From the IMG/VR virus record IMGVR_UViG_3300022926_000008: a stretch of DNA of 64,000 nt, one strand, 5' to 3'. The stretch is from an uncultured virus (IMG/VR IMGVR_UViG_3300022926_000008). Taxonomy: Duplodnaviria > Heunggongvirae > Uroviricota > Caudoviricetes. Made by a program: the position numbers and the translations under genes. The notes below the pieces were generated by a model, which worked only from the letters and a program-made list of their open reading frames with translations, searched no databases and was not told the DNA's origin. How positions within the stretch are numbered: the stretch's first letter is position 1; every line of letters begins with the position of its first letter. Shown here piece by piece: positions 1-9,687 of this stretch.

Positions 1-1
1 A

Positions 2-106
2 CCACACTTCCCACCGCACTTCCCCCCACACTTCCCACCGCACTTCCCACCGCACTTCCCACCTCACTTCCCACCGCACTTCCCTCCACACTTCCCGCCG
101 TTCTTC
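2..106 (+). repeat. 12-bp coding tandem repeat (Pro-Pro-His-Phe)
   Basis: ccN ccN cac ttc units varying at synonymous positions; last unit PPFF. Confidence 0.95.
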
Positions 107-160
107 CCAAGATTCTACAGGCACGGATTTGGACAGAAGTTCGAAACAGATGAGAACTAA
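2..160 (+). CDS. 3' end of a PPHF-repeat protein (5' truncated by the window; absent from the ORF track)
   Basis: Frame 2 reads PHF-(PPHF)7-PPFF-PRFYRHGFGQKFETDEN*, stop at 158-160, followed by a terminator. The tail matches that of 11169..12578. Confidence 0.85.
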   Translation, partial: PHFPPHFPPHFPPHFPPHFPPHFPPHFPPHFPPFFPRFYRHGFGQKFETDEN

Positions 161-170
161 ATAACTAAAT

Positions 171-204
171 ACAAAAGGCCCGTCCATTGCGACGGGCCTT
201 TTGT
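171..204. terminator. Intrinsic terminator, probably bidirectional
   Basis: acaaaaggcccgtc-cattgc-gacgggccttttgt perfect inverted repeat with A and T tails. Confidence 0.9.
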
Positions 205-206
205 TA

Positions 207-215
207 TGGTATAAT
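207..215 (+). promoter_or_regulatory. Extended -10 promoter, leaderless start
   Basis: TGGTATAAT, 6 nt, then ATG at 222. Confidence 0.75.
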
Positions 216-221
216 TTTTGT

Positions 222-968
222 ATGGGTATAGAACATAATAATCCTTGGCTGACCAAAGACAGGTCAGAAACTTCTCATAATAGGATGGCTACGAGGACAA
301 TGTCCAGCGGCATTGTAGTAGAAAATCCAGCACTAGGCATTAATGTTTACAAAAATGTTTTTAGCCCAAAAGATGTAGAATACATCATTAGTACTCTGGA
401 GAAAAACCTTTCTAATGGCTCTGAGCATTCATGGAATGGTGCTTTGGTTACTGAGGGGCATGAAAAGATCTCATATGCTAGAGACTGTGTAGATTTTAAG
501 ATTGGTCATAAATGTTTTGGGCCAGAAAATGACAGCAATAGAGAACTCTATGCCGTGCACCAGCTCTCTTTTGATAAAATTCACCCACATGTTAGTGACT
601 ATGGCACATACTGGGGGGTAGGTATGAATTACTATGAAGTTTTTAACTATGTAAAGTATGAGGGAACAGGAAAACATTTTGCTGTACACGCAGATCACGG
701 ACCAGCATATGTAACTACTGTATCTGCTGTTGCATACTTAAACGATAACTATACTGGCGGAGAGCTTACATTCCCTAGGTTTGGCCTAACAATAAAGCCA
801 GAAGTTGGCGACCTTGTGGTTTTCCCGTCTACCTTTATTTATGAACACCAGTCAGAGCCAATTATTGATGGTACGAAGTATTCTATTGTTGTCATGACAG
901 ACTATAACGATAGGGGCGGAGCAAAGTATTTTGACTACACCCAAGCAAAACAAGAGCTGATATATTAG
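222..968 (+). CDS. Fe(II)/2OG oxygenase, prolyl 4-hydroxylase-like
   Basis: HAD...YLNDNYTGGELTFP...HQSEPIIDGTKYS, with Lys at the 2OG-binding position. Start moved to ATG 222, after the promoter. Confidence 0.88.
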   Translation: MGIEHNNPWLTKDRSETSHNRMATRTMSSGIVVENPALGINVYKNVFSPKDVEYIISTLEKNLSNGSEHSWNGALVTEGHEKISYARDCVDFKIGHKCFGPENDSNRELYAVHQLSFDKIHPHVSDYGTYWGVGMNYYEVFNYVKYEGTGKHFAVHADHGPAYVTTVSAVAYLNDNYTGGELTFPRFGLTIKPEVGDLVVFPSTFIYEHQSEPIIDGTKYSIVVMTDYNDRGGAKYFDYTQAKQELIY

Positions 969-977
969 TGAGGAATT

Positions 978-1691
978 ATGGAAGAGCTTAAAGAAATGGT
1001 TGAGCATGAAGAAAGGCTTCATAACTGGTACAACATTGAAGAGCAAACGTGGAGTTCTATAACAGACCTTGGCAATGGAATTCTTGTCTACCACGATGCT
1101 TTGCCAGAAAGTATAAAGATTATTGACAGGCTAGAAGAAGTTATGCAGGAGCCAGATAATGGCTTTGAGTATCAGAAGGCCATGGTGGGCTATGGTATGA
1201 CGATGCCAGAGTATCGAGACTGCTTTGATATCAAGTTTAAAAAGTCAGATATTGAGCACGATACATCAGAATCATCCTTAAAATTGCAGTCTTTATGGGA
1301 AGATGTTTATTTTAGAAAGCTTCAGGCAGTAAAGGATTACACAAAAAGACACAATGTTGGAGAGTTGCGTTATTGGGAGGCAATTAACTTTATTAAGTAT
1401 GGTCCAGGGCAACACTTCCAGGAGCACACAGACCACGGGTATAGCTATAATTGCGTAGTGTCATTGGTTGGTTATGTTAACGATAATTATACTGGTGGAG
1501 AAATCTTCTTTAGGCTTCAGAATGTTCACTATAAGCCAAAGGCTGGAGATCTCTTTATTTTTCCGTCTAACTATATGTACCCACACCGTGCAATGCCAGT
1601 AGTTGATGGCACAAAGTATTCTCTTGTGACAATGCTAGATTATTCTAATAAGTTTCACAGTGAAAAGTTCATGGAAGAGAGTGGCGATTAG
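978..1691 (+). CDS. Fe(II)/2OG oxygenase, prolyl 4-hydroxylase-like
   Basis: HTD...YVNDNYTGGEIFF...HRAMPVVDGTKYS; GAGGA RBS; paralog of the previous gene. Confidence 0.88.
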   Translation: MEELKEMVEHEERLHNWYNIEEQTWSSITDLGNGILVYHDALPESIKIIDRLEEVMQEPDNGFEYQKAMVGYGMTMPEYRDCFDIKFKKSDIEHDTSESSLKLQSLWEDVYFRKLQAVKDYTKRHNVGELRYWEAINFIKYGPGQHFQEHTDHGYSYNCVVSLVGYVNDNYTGGEIFFRLQNVHYKPKAGDLFIFPSNYMYPHRAMPVVDGTKYSLVTMLDYSNKFHSEKFMEESGD

Positions 1692-1693
1692 TT

Positions 1694-2404
1694 TTGCAGA
1701 TTAATGCATATAGCAGAGGCATAGCCTCTATTGACCAACTTCCACTACAGAGAGACTGGATGGACTTCACTTTTGACAGACATGCATACCAGTGTTTTCC
1801 AGTTTCTTTATCGAACAGGCTTGGGTGGGGGATATCACTTCCAGAAGATATTACTTTTATTTGGGATGGGGTAAACGATTCTACTTCGGATCACGTAAAG
1901 ACACTCAAGGGTGAAAGCTATACGCATCCAGGCAGAGGAAACAGGACAATTAGTTTTTATACTGGAATAACCTTTGACGCACCAGATAAAGAAGACCTTT
2001 CTTTACTTACAATGCCAGTTCCAAATCAGTTTATTAGGGGTGCTCAGTGTATGTCTACTATTATTAGCCCCTCAGTTTTGCAGGGAGAGCTTCCAATAGC
2101 ATGGATGATAACAGAGCCAAATATTGAAATTACCATTCCAGCTGGCACCCCAATTGCTGCAATCATCCCTATTTCAACAGCGGGTATTCAAGAGCACGAG
2201 CTGTCGGTTACAGCAGGAGACCCACCATACATGCGTGACGAAACTTGGAAGACTAAGATGAGAGATCGTGGTGATGTCAGTATGGAGCTGAATATGGCTG
2301 GGACATGGACGCATTTTTATAGAGATGCAGTAGACCATAATGGCAACCCAGATGGAAAGCACGAATCTAAAAAGATTGTAATGAGGGTAAGGCATGAGCA
2401 GTAA
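1694..2404 (+). CDS. DUF6065-like protein
   Basis: RDWMD...HAYQCFPVSLSNRLGW and IPAGTPIAAIIP motifs, recognised from memory as DUF6065-like. Confidence 0.6.
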   Translation: MQINAYSRGIASIDQLPLQRDWMDFTFDRHAYQCFPVSLSNRLGWGISLPEDITFIWDGVNDSTSDHVKTLKGESYTHPGRGNRTISFYTGITFDAPDKEDLSLLTMPVPNQFIRGAQCMSTIISPSVLQGELPIAWMITEPNIEITIPAGTPIAAIIPISTAGIQEHELSVTAGDPPYMRDETWKTKMRDRGDVSMELNMAGTWTHFYRDAVDHNGNPDGKHESKKIVMRVRHEQ

Positions 2405-3128
2405 AAAGATTACATTTATCGCTGACTCCTATGCAGTTGATCCAAATGATAATGACACAGACCCAGGACCTATTGGGAAAACAATACCAGAATGGTATCG
2501 CCAAGCTCCAAGGTACTATAAGGACCCAGCAGGAAATAACTATAAAGACCCACAGGGCAACAACATCCACAGCTGGAAGTCATGCCCAGTAGTATATGAT
2601 GGCTTAGAAACTGGCTATGCCTTTAAAACACCATGTGACCTAGTGTTTACTAGAGACGATAAAGGTATCCCTCATGTACAGATTACAGATGAAAGATTCC
2701 CAAACTTTGTACAAGAAAGACCACCTATGCCTGGATTCCAGGTGCCATGGGGGTATGATCAGTTTCATTTTGCTTGGTATGGAGAGTGGGCAGTAAAACT
2801 TCCGTCAGGATATAGTGCATTGTATATACAACCAATGAATAGATATGAGCTTCCTTTTCAAACTACTAGCGGAATCATAGACAGCGATAACGTTAATCTA
2901 TTTGGCACAGTTCCTTTTTTCCTTGCTAAAGACTACCAAGGTGTATTGCCAAAGGGCACACCATTCTTGCAGATTATTCCTTTTAAAAGAGAAAGCTGGA
3001 AGTCAGACTATGAATATCCAGATCATGAAAAGATTTGGAATGACAATATGGCAAACATTGAGAAATATCGCACACCCAAAGGCGGGGTATATCTTAATGA
3101 AGTTTGGCAAAGAAGAAAGTATGAATAG
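2394..3128 (+). CDS. Conserved phage protein, distantly DUF6065-like
   Basis: IPEWY...KSCP...TGY...PMNRYELPFQTTSGIIDSD...KGTPFLQIIPFKRESW; shares GTPxxxIIP with the preceding gene. Confidence 0.55.
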   Translation: MSSKKITFIADSYAVDPNDNDTDPGPIGKTIPEWYRQAPRYYKDPAGNNYKDPQGNNIHSWKSCPVVYDGLETGYAFKTPCDLVFTRDDKGIPHVQITDERFPNFVQERPPMPGFQVPWGYDQFHFAWYGEWAVKLPSGYSALYIQPMNRYELPFQTTSGIIDSDNVNLFGTVPFFLAKDYQGVLPKGTPFLQIIPFKRESWKSDYEYPDHEKIWNDNMANIEKYRTPKGGVYLNEVWQRRKYE

Positions 3129-3151
3129 CAAGTTTGTGATAAAATATTATC

Positions 3152-3874
3152 ATGGATAATACAAAAAGAGAGTACAAAAGTGGAGACGAACTTTGGGAAG
3201 ATCCATTTTATAGATTTTTAGACGATCCCAAGTCAATTACTCCATCGAAATATTTTGGCACATCTGCAGATAATATCGTAGAGATTGAGGATTTTCTTAC
3301 AGAAAATGAGCTTATTTTTCTGAATAATTTTATTCGAAACAATACGCATTGGGACTATACAGAAGATCAGTGGAATGAAGAGGGCGTGCAAATCTATGAT
3401 GCCTCCTACTGGAAAGATCGAGTAGCAACATGGAATACAATCTATGATGCAAATCCAGAAGTGCTTTCCGTTATCTCCAATATTGTCCTAAGGCTTAAGC
3501 CAATTGTTGAAGAGTTTTTTAATGTTACCTGCTTCCCCACAAAGCCTGCAATGGTTAGATGGACTCCAGGAACATTCCAGATACCGCATGCTGATAAAGA
3601 GTTGCATATCGGAGATGATGCTGGCAAGCCAAATGCATTCCCGTGGTATGACCTAGCTGGGCTGTTCTATATTAATGATGACTATGAGGGTGGCGAGCTA
3701 TACTTTCCAAACCAAGGGATTCAGTTTAAGCCAAAGAGGGGTGCTGCATACTTCTTCCCAGGAGACATGCACTACATCCACGGCATTACAGAAATTACTT
3801 CTGGAGAAAGATATACTTGCCCGTTCTTTTGGACCATTACTGAGCTAGGAGAGTTTGATGCCAAGTCAGATTAA
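3152..3874 (+). CDS. Fe(II)/2OG oxygenase
   Basis: PHAD...YINDDYEGGELYFP...HGITEITSGERY; TGATAAAAT 6 nt upstream of the ATG. Confidence 0.9.
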   Translation: MDNTKREYKSGDELWEDPFYRFLDDPKSITPSKYFGTSADNIVEIEDFLTENELIFLNNFIRNNTHWDYTEDQWNEEGVQIYDASYWKDRVATWNTIYDANPEVLSVISNIVLRLKPIVEEFFNVTCFPTKPAMVRWTPGTFQIPHADKELHIGDDAGKPNAFPWYDLAGLFYINDDYEGGELYFPNQGIQFKPKRGAAYFFPGDMHYIHGITEITSGERYTCPFFWTITELGEFDAKSD

Positions 3875-4802
3875 GGGCGGCACGTGGGCAATTGATCCAG
3901 TAGATTCACAAGAGCTAGACAAGGTAGAATTTCAAGAGTTTTATCCAAGAGTTCACATATATAAAAATCTTTTGCCAAATGCTGCAAGACTTGTAGAAAT
4001 ACTTAAAGAGTCTGGCAAAGATAGAGCATCTTCGTACTATTTTAACAAGTGGGATAAGTGGTTCGTTTTTGGAGAAACTATTGGCGGTATTGAGTACAAT
4101 CCAATTTATCCAGAACTAGTTGATCAGGATCGTAAAGCAGAAGAAGAGGCTATAGTTCAAGAGCTAACCGACGCTTTTCGCTATGCCACACAACATTATA
4201 TGCAATACCATGGAGTTACCAGAGAAGAGAACTGGACAACCATGGGCCCATCGATCTGCAAGTATGACTCCGAAATGGAGCACTGTAGAATAGACTATCT
4301 AAGCATGAAGTATCACACAGACTATGACTATATTCGTGGCGATGAGCCAGGAGATAAGTTTGCAATTACCTGTACCATGTATTTAAATGATAGCTATGAG
4401 GGTGGAGAAATGTGGTTTGCCCTAGGTCATCAGCAAGATTCTTTTGGGGAAGAGCCACTCCAAGACGAAGAAATTCATGTGTATAAGCCACAGGCAGGCG
4501 ATGTCTTGGTTTTCCCATCTGGTCATCCAGATATCCTATCCGAAGAAAGCACATACTTTCATGGTGTAAGTAGAACAAGCAAGTCTGAGGAAAAGCCAGA
4601 TGACAAGTATTTTATCAGATCATATCATCTAATACCGTTTGAGGGTACGCCAGAGTGGAATGCAGGTCTAGAAAAATATGGCCCAGAGGTTTGGGAAGCA
4701 ATGGAGCTTGAGCGTATAAAGGCCAGAGTCAAAACCCACGAAGAGCTGCAAATGCTCAAGACAAGAACTGCGGCTAGCGATAAGGAGTGCGGACTTCACT
4801 AA
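3858..4802 (+). CDS. Fe(II)/2OG oxygenase
   Basis: YHTDY...YLNDSYEGGE...FPSGHPD...FHGV...KYF. Confidence 0.85.
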   Translation: MPSQIKGGTWAIDPVDSQELDKVEFQEFYPRVHIYKNLLPNAARLVEILKESGKDRASSYYFNKWDKWFVFGETIGGIEYNPIYPELVDQDRKAEEEAIVQELTDAFRYATQHYMQYHGVTREENWTTMGPSICKYDSEMEHCRIDYLSMKYHTDYDYIRGDEPGDKFAITCTMYLNDSYEGGEMWFALGHQQDSFGEEPLQDEEIHVYKPQAGDVLVFPSGHPDILSEESTYFHGVSRTSKSEEKPDDKYFIRSYHLIPFEGTPEWNAGLEKYGPEVWEAMELERIKARVKTHEELQMLKTRTAASDKECGLH

Positions 4803-5689
4803 TGGAAGATCTAGAATACTATGATATACCAGAAGCACCACTGATCAGAGTTTATAAAAACCTCCTGCCAAAGTGGGAAGACCTTCTTGACGTTCTAATT
4901 AAATCCGAACAAAATCCAGAAGATTTTATTTATTATAACCAGTGGGAAACCTGGAATGATTTGGGTACAAACTTAGCAGACGGTTTGCCAAACCATAATG
5001 CTGGCTGGCTATTGAAAACAGAAGAAGATCCTAAAAAAAGAAGAGAGCTAGAGCTAGTTGATATGATAACAGAGGCTGCACGAAGAGGATTCGAGCATTA
5101 CTCTGAAGATCACGGCATCGATCTTTCTTTAGATTGGCATGCAGATGGTCCAGCTTATTACAAGTATGACCACACATTACCAGCACCGAATATTTCTAGC
5201 CCAGAGTTTAACATGAACTACCACACAGACTATACTTTTTCAATGCAAGATACCCCTGGATTAAAGCCAGTAGTGACATGCACAATGTATATTAATGATA
5301 ATTTTAATGGTGGAGAGATGGTTTTTAATTTAGAAAAAAGATTATCTAGGCCATACCTCAGAAGACCAGAGCAGTTTGGTCCAGACGAGAGTTTAGATGT
5401 TCGTGGTGTGGTCTATAGGCCAGAAGCTGGAGACCTTGTTGTTTTCCCATCTGGACATCCAGATTTCATGCTCGATCAGGACTATTACTATTTTCATTCA
5501 GTTAATAGAGTAACTGGTGGAGATAAATACTTTGTTAGCATATTCTACTCCTTGCTTTCTGAGGGGTCTGATGAATGGCGAGCAAACATGGAAGAGTATG
5601 GCAAGGATTTGTGGTTTTGGCTAGAAAAAAGACGAGTCGTAAATTCTGGATACAAGAAAAAGAAAATTGAGGACCCAGATGGATACTAA
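4802..5689 (+). CDS. Fe(II)/2OG oxygenase
   Basis: YHTDY...YINDNFNGGE...FPSGHPD...FHSVNRVTGGDKYF; TAATG overlap with its upstream paralog. Confidence 0.85.
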   Translation: MEDLEYYDIPEAPLIRVYKNLLPKWEDLLDVLIKSEQNPEDFIYYNQWETWNDLGTNLADGLPNHNAGWLLKTEEDPKKRRELELVDMITEAARRGFEHYSEDHGIDLSLDWHADGPAYYKYDHTLPAPNISSPEFNMNYHTDYTFSMQDTPGLKPVVTCTMYINDNFNGGEMVFNLEKRLSRPYLRRPEQFGPDESLDVRGVVYRPEAGDLVVFPSGHPDFMLDQDYYYFHSVNRVTGGDKYFVSIFYSLLSEGSDEWRANMEEYGKDLWFWLEKRRVVNSGYKKKKIEDPDGY

Positions 5690-6323
5690 TAATAAGACCA
5701 CGTACCTGATACCAGAGCTCGATCCAGAGTCGTTTGTATTTTTTAAGGATGAAGAGATTACAGATGGAAAAGGAAGGCTGGGCGTAGACCGCAACAGAAT
5801 CTTAGAGATTCCACACTTTATTACAGAGTCAACAGCAGAATCTTTGGTAACTTATTTTAAAGAAGAAGATAGGTGGGGAGAAACTGCATTTAATGGATCC
5901 CGTGGTGCACCCTTGCAAGCTGGCTCTGTTTTGCCATCACATTTCGGTATGCCAGACAGCATCTTTGAAGATATCAATGCCAAGCTTAAGCATGCAGTGG
6001 CAACAGTCTATAACAAGGATGTGATTCCAACATCTATTCATGCTCAAAAATGGGATGTCGGTTCATCGGCCAACCCGCACTCAGATAACTCAGATTTTGA
6101 TGGAAACCCCACAGAAGGATTTGACAATCTAAAGTATGTGGGAATCCTATACCTAAATAGCGATTATGCTGGTGGTAATCTATACTTTCCAGATCACGGA
6201 ATTGATATTCACCCTAATGCAGGGTCTATGTATATTTTTAGTGGAGGCGTAGAGAATATCCATGGAGTAACAGAGATTACTTCTGGTACTCGATACTCTA
6301 TAGTATCTTTTTGGGACTTCTAA
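5679..6323 (+). CDS. Fe(II)/2OG oxygenase
   Basis: PHSD...YLNSDYAGGNLYFP...HGVTEITSGTRY. Confidence 0.9.
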   Translation: MDTNNKTTYLIPELDPESFVFFKDEEITDGKGRLGVDRNRILEIPHFITESTAESLVTYFKEEDRWGETAFNGSRGAPLQAGSVLPSHFGMPDSIFEDINAKLKHAVATVYNKDVIPTSIHAQKWDVGSSANPHSDNSDFDGNPTEGFDNLKYVGILYLNSDYAGGNLYFPDHGIDIHPNAGSMYIFSGGVENIHGVTEITSGTRYSIVSFWDF

Positions 6324-7609
6324 TGGGCACTAAGATAAACGAAACTTACTTTGGCAATCGAGAGTATGTCATGCATACAGACAATGTTGCCGAAGCCCCA
6401 GATTTTGCTTCTGATGAGGATGTCCGTGGATTTATTAGTTTTATTGATAGTGAAGATATTTCTTGTGCTCATCACACACACGCAGAACATTTTCCAAATG
6501 TTGACGAAAACTATATTGTATTAACACCAGATTGTATAGATACCAATTCAGATAAGACAGCAGAAGATACCAGCACCCTGGATGGTATTTCTGCATTCTT
6601 CCATAAGCTTTTGGATGCGGCAAACAGATATACCTTTAAGCCTATGAAGCTAAAAAAGGTTGTGATGCATAGGTATATTCATGGTGCTTCTGCTCCCCCA
6701 CATGCAGATGTTTTCCCTTTGGCAACACTCTTATATCTTAATGACGATTATGATGGCGGCGAACTATATTTCCCCAATCAGAATTTTGAAATTAAGCCAG
6801 TGGCAAAGTCCTTGCTAGTTTTTAAAGGAGGCGGTGAAAATCTTCACGGAGTTCGTCAAGTCACAGGTGATATAGATCACATAAGGCCAAGGTATGTTAT
6901 TGTTGCATTTTGGGATTATGAAAGCGAAATAGATCAAGCTAGGTTCTCTGAAATAGCAGATGCTACTGAACACCAGTGGAGAGAAGATGATGGGCCAGAG
7001 GCTGGAACAATTATGTCTAGGTATGGAACAAAGGCCAAGCTTAGATTTGCAAACAAGCTGCCTGTATTAGATATTAAAGATTTTATTACAAGTAATGATG
7101 CTGTAGAAATTATTAGATTCCTAGAGCTAAACCAACGAGAAGACGGTGATGAGTGCTGGTCTCCCGTATGCTTTAGAGAGTATTGGGAAAAACTAAACCC
7201 AGATAGTGATAAGAAGCCTATTTTTACAGATGATACAGATGAAAACACTTTGCCTAATATAAACTTAAAGGTTAAAGAGCACGTAGAATTTTTCTTGCAA
7301 AAGCGGGTGGCATTTTCTAAGTTTAAAGGTCATCGATCAAAGGTTGGCTCTTCTGCACCACCACACAATCACCCAGCAGCAATTGCTGTTGCAATTGTAG
7401 TGCTAGATGATAAGTTTTCTGGCGGGGAGGTCTTTGTTCCTAATTATGATATTGAGTTTAGTTTAGAAGCTGGCCATTTGTATATTTTTGAAGAAAACGA
7501 TATATCTAAGCATGGGTTTAAGAAGGTGCTTGAGGGCAGGCGTTTAGCATTAGTATCGCACTGGCAAGATCTAGACAGCCCATATGATTGGGCTGGAGTA
7601 GACCATTAA
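6323..7609 (+). CDS. Tandem two-domain Fe(II)/2OG oxygenase
   Basis: Domain 1 APPHAD...GGELYFP...HGV...RY; domain 2 APPHNH...GGEVFVP...HGFKKVLEGRR. Confidence 0.85.
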   Translation: MGTKINETYFGNREYVMHTDNVAEAPDFASDEDVRGFISFIDSEDISCAHHTHAEHFPNVDENYIVLTPDCIDTNSDKTAEDTSTLDGISAFFHKLLDAANRYTFKPMKLKKVVMHRYIHGASAPPHADVFPLATLLYLNDDYDGGELYFPNQNFEIKPVAKSLLVFKGGGENLHGVRQVTGDIDHIRPRYVIVAFWDYESEIDQARFSEIADATEHQWREDDGPEAGTIMSRYGTKAKLRFANKLPVLDIKDFITSNDAVEIIRFLELNQREDGDECWSPVCFREYWEKLNPDSDKKPIFTDDTDENTLPNINLKVKEHVEFFLQKRVAFSKFKGHRSKVGSSAPPHNHPAAIAVAIVVLDDKFSGGEVFVPNYDIEFSLEAGHLYIFEENDISKHGFKKVLEGRRLALVSHWQDLDSPYDWAGVDH

Positions 7610-7644
7610 AGTTTGGTATAATAGTATCAAGATTTGAGGAGATC

Positions 7645-8379
7645 ATGGAAAAGGTATATCATCACCCTAAAATTGTTGAGGTCAAGAACTTCCTTGATCA
7701 GCAATACTGCTTAGATGTTATTGAGTTTTTTGAAGGTAACGGAGAAGACGAGGATAACTGGAACCCCATCTGCTTTCCTAGCGTGCTTGGCGTAAACGTA
7801 GGAGAGCCAAAGTCTACTGGAAAAATTTCTGTAGAAGATATGGGGAAGATTCGCGACAAGATGCACACAGTGGTTGAAGAAGTGCTGGGGATTGAAGTTA
7901 AGAATGTAACCATGAGCGGACACAAGTACCCTACTGGTTCTTGGGCAGAGCCACACTCAGACAGCTCAGAGCTAGACGGTACCCCAAATGCATGGCAAAT
8001 GAATAAATATGCCTGTATTCTATATCTAAATGATGCATATACTGGCGGAGAGATTTACTTTCCGCAGCATGATATCGACATTGCTCCAGGTGCAGCAAGC
8101 CTAGTAGTTTTTGAAGGAAGCCATGAGTTTCTTCACGGTGTCCGCAAAATTAATAGTGGAGACAGGTTTACTATTCTAGCCTTCTGGGATGACAAAGATG
8201 CTGTATACGATAAAGACTTTTTAGATAATAAGGTTGAAGAGCAAAGAACAGCACTAGACTATGTTGAAAGCTCTCATGACTATGGTGAGTACAATGGGCG
8301 TACGTTTGGAAAGCAAAAGCCAGAAGACTTGTATTCTATCCTAGCAGATTCTGATAAGCAAGACGACCAGACTCATTAA
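7645..8379 (+). CDS. Fe(II)/2OG oxygenase
   Basis: PHSD...YLNDAYTGGEIYFP...HGVRKINSGDRF; TGGTATAAT at 7614 and GAGGAG RBS before ATG 7645. Confidence 0.9.
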   Translation: MEKVYHHPKIVEVKNFLDQQYCLDVIEFFEGNGEDEDNWNPICFPSVLGVNVGEPKSTGKISVEDMGKIRDKMHTVVEEVLGIEVKNVTMSGHKYPTGSWAEPHSDSSELDGTPNAWQMNKYACILYLNDAYTGGEIYFPQHDIDIAPGAASLVVFEGSHEFLHGVRKINSGDRFTILAFWDDKDAVYDKDFLDNKVEEQRTALDYVESSHDYGEYNGRTFGKQKPEDLYSILADSDKQDDQTH

Positions 8380-8995
8380 TTACAAATGATGGCAGGCTGT
8401 ACCTTATTGGCCCCAAGCCAGGTGCCTTAACGCCATGCCTGTACAGTTCTCCATCTGGAAAAATGAGAATTGAGTTCTTGGGGGGCTTAAGTTCAATATC
8501 AAGGTTTGGGAAGATAAGCTCTCCCTCAGAATAATCATCATTTAGATACCCAATAACTGCATATTGCACGTACGGATCTCCTTCACTATCTACATGCTCT
8601 ACTAGCACAGATCCTTCATAGTGTCTATGTATTGTATGGATGCCTGTAAAATATAGTCCTTTTAGTTGCATAAAAATTTCATCTATACGGTTATTTAATT
8701 TTTCTGAATGTTGTTTGGGAACAGCGATTGCATTGTCTGACCAAAAGTCAGAGTACTCAACCAGCCCCTCCGATATTAAATTATCTAAATCTTCTCTACC
8801 ATATTTAACCTTGGCAAGCTGTATCTGGCTATTTCGGTAGTCCTCTTCCCAATCAGCTTGGGTAGCACTATCAATAATTTTCCATAAATCGTTAGCCTCA
8901 TCTTGGTTAATAAAATTTTCCAATAAAATAATTTTAGGCCCTACCTCTTTGTATTCTATTCCAAGATCAAAAAGTGAAAGTAGTATTTGTTGCAT
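8336..8995 (-). CDS. Fe(II)/2OG oxygenase
   Basis: EHVD...YLNDDYSEGELIFP...HGVKAPGLGPIRY. Confidence 0.88.
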   Translation of the reverse strand: MQQILLSLFDLGIEYKEVGPKIILLENFINQDEANDLWKIIDSATQADWEEDYRNSQIQLAKVKYGREDLDNLISEGLVEYSDFWSDNAIAVPKQHSEKLNNRIDEIFMQLKGLYFTGIHTIHRHYEGSVLVEHVDSEGDPYVQYAVIGYLNDDYSEGELIFPNLDIELKPPKNSILIFPDGELYRHGVKAPGLGPIRYSLPSFVINESGRLAYQNLLG

Positions 8996-9645
8996 TAGGA
9001 TAGTCTCCTTACAAAAGATGGAAGAACATATCTTAGTGGACCATTGCCAGGAGGCTTAACCCCATGAAGGTATCTCTCCCCACTAGGAAAAATCACGGCT
9101 GATTTTGCTGCTGGCTTGAGCTCAATACCCATTTCTGGAAAGACTAACTCTCCATCCGCATAGTCGTCATTGATATAGATAATTACTGCATATTCTATAG
9201 ATGGGTCAGAATGATTGTCCACATGCTCAATTAGTGGTGCCCCCTCATATTGACGCTGAATCGTGCCAATTCCAGGGAACTTGATAGAGGGGTCAAAATC
9301 AAAAATGTCCTGTATTCTTTCGGAGAGTGGTTCAGAAATATAATATGGGAGTTCAAGATTTTTATCAATCCAGTGCGTAGTTATTTCAATTAAGCCTTCT
9401 TTGACAAGATTGTCAATGTCTGCCCTTTGGTATTTTCTTTCAGCGAGGGCCTCTACCCCACGCATATAATGTGTTTCCCAGTCATCTTCTGATGCAGTTC
9501 CTATTACTTTTAATACTTCGTGCACTTCAGACTCCGAAATAAAGTTACGTATTACGTATATTTCGCTTCTTGGATTTCCGTCATTGCTTATAGCCTCTTC
9601 ATATTCATATCCAAGTTTTACCAAAGAAGACTCTACCTTGTTCAT
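8995..9645 (-). CDS. Fe(II)/2OG oxygenase
   Basis: EHVD...YINDDYADGELVFP...HGVKPPGNGPLRY; paralog of 8336..8995. Confidence 0.88.
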   Translation of the reverse strand: MNKVESSLVKLGYEYEEAISNDGNPRSEIYVIRNFISESEVHEVLKVIGTASEDDWETHYMRGVEALAERKYQRADIDNLVKEGLIEITTHWIDKNLELPYYISEPLSERIQDIFDFDPSIKFPGIGTIQRQYEGAPLIEHVDNHSDPSIEYAVIIYINDDYADGELVFPEMGIELKPAAKSAVIFPSGERYLHGVKPPGNGPLRYVLPSFVRRLS

Positions 9646-9651
9646 TGGATA

Positions 9652-9681
9652 ATTATATCATGACATGCCCTATGCTATAAT
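9652..9681. promoter_or_regulatory. Back-to-back divergent extended -10 promoters
   Basis: Minus TGATATAAT (9660-9652) + 6 nt + ATG 9645; plus TGCTATAAT (9673-9681) + 6 nt + ATG 9688. Confidence 0.75.
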
Positions 9682-9687
9682 ATTCTC

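Noticed and set aside
2..106. C-rich repeats as a CRISPR array or telomere-like repeat
   Set aside because: No spacers, and variation is almost confined to synonymous positions of an open frame, so this is a coding repeat.
8336..8379. 44-bp convergent overlap as an antisense regulatory device
   Set aside because: Explained by compact packing of convergent 3' ends; no further support.
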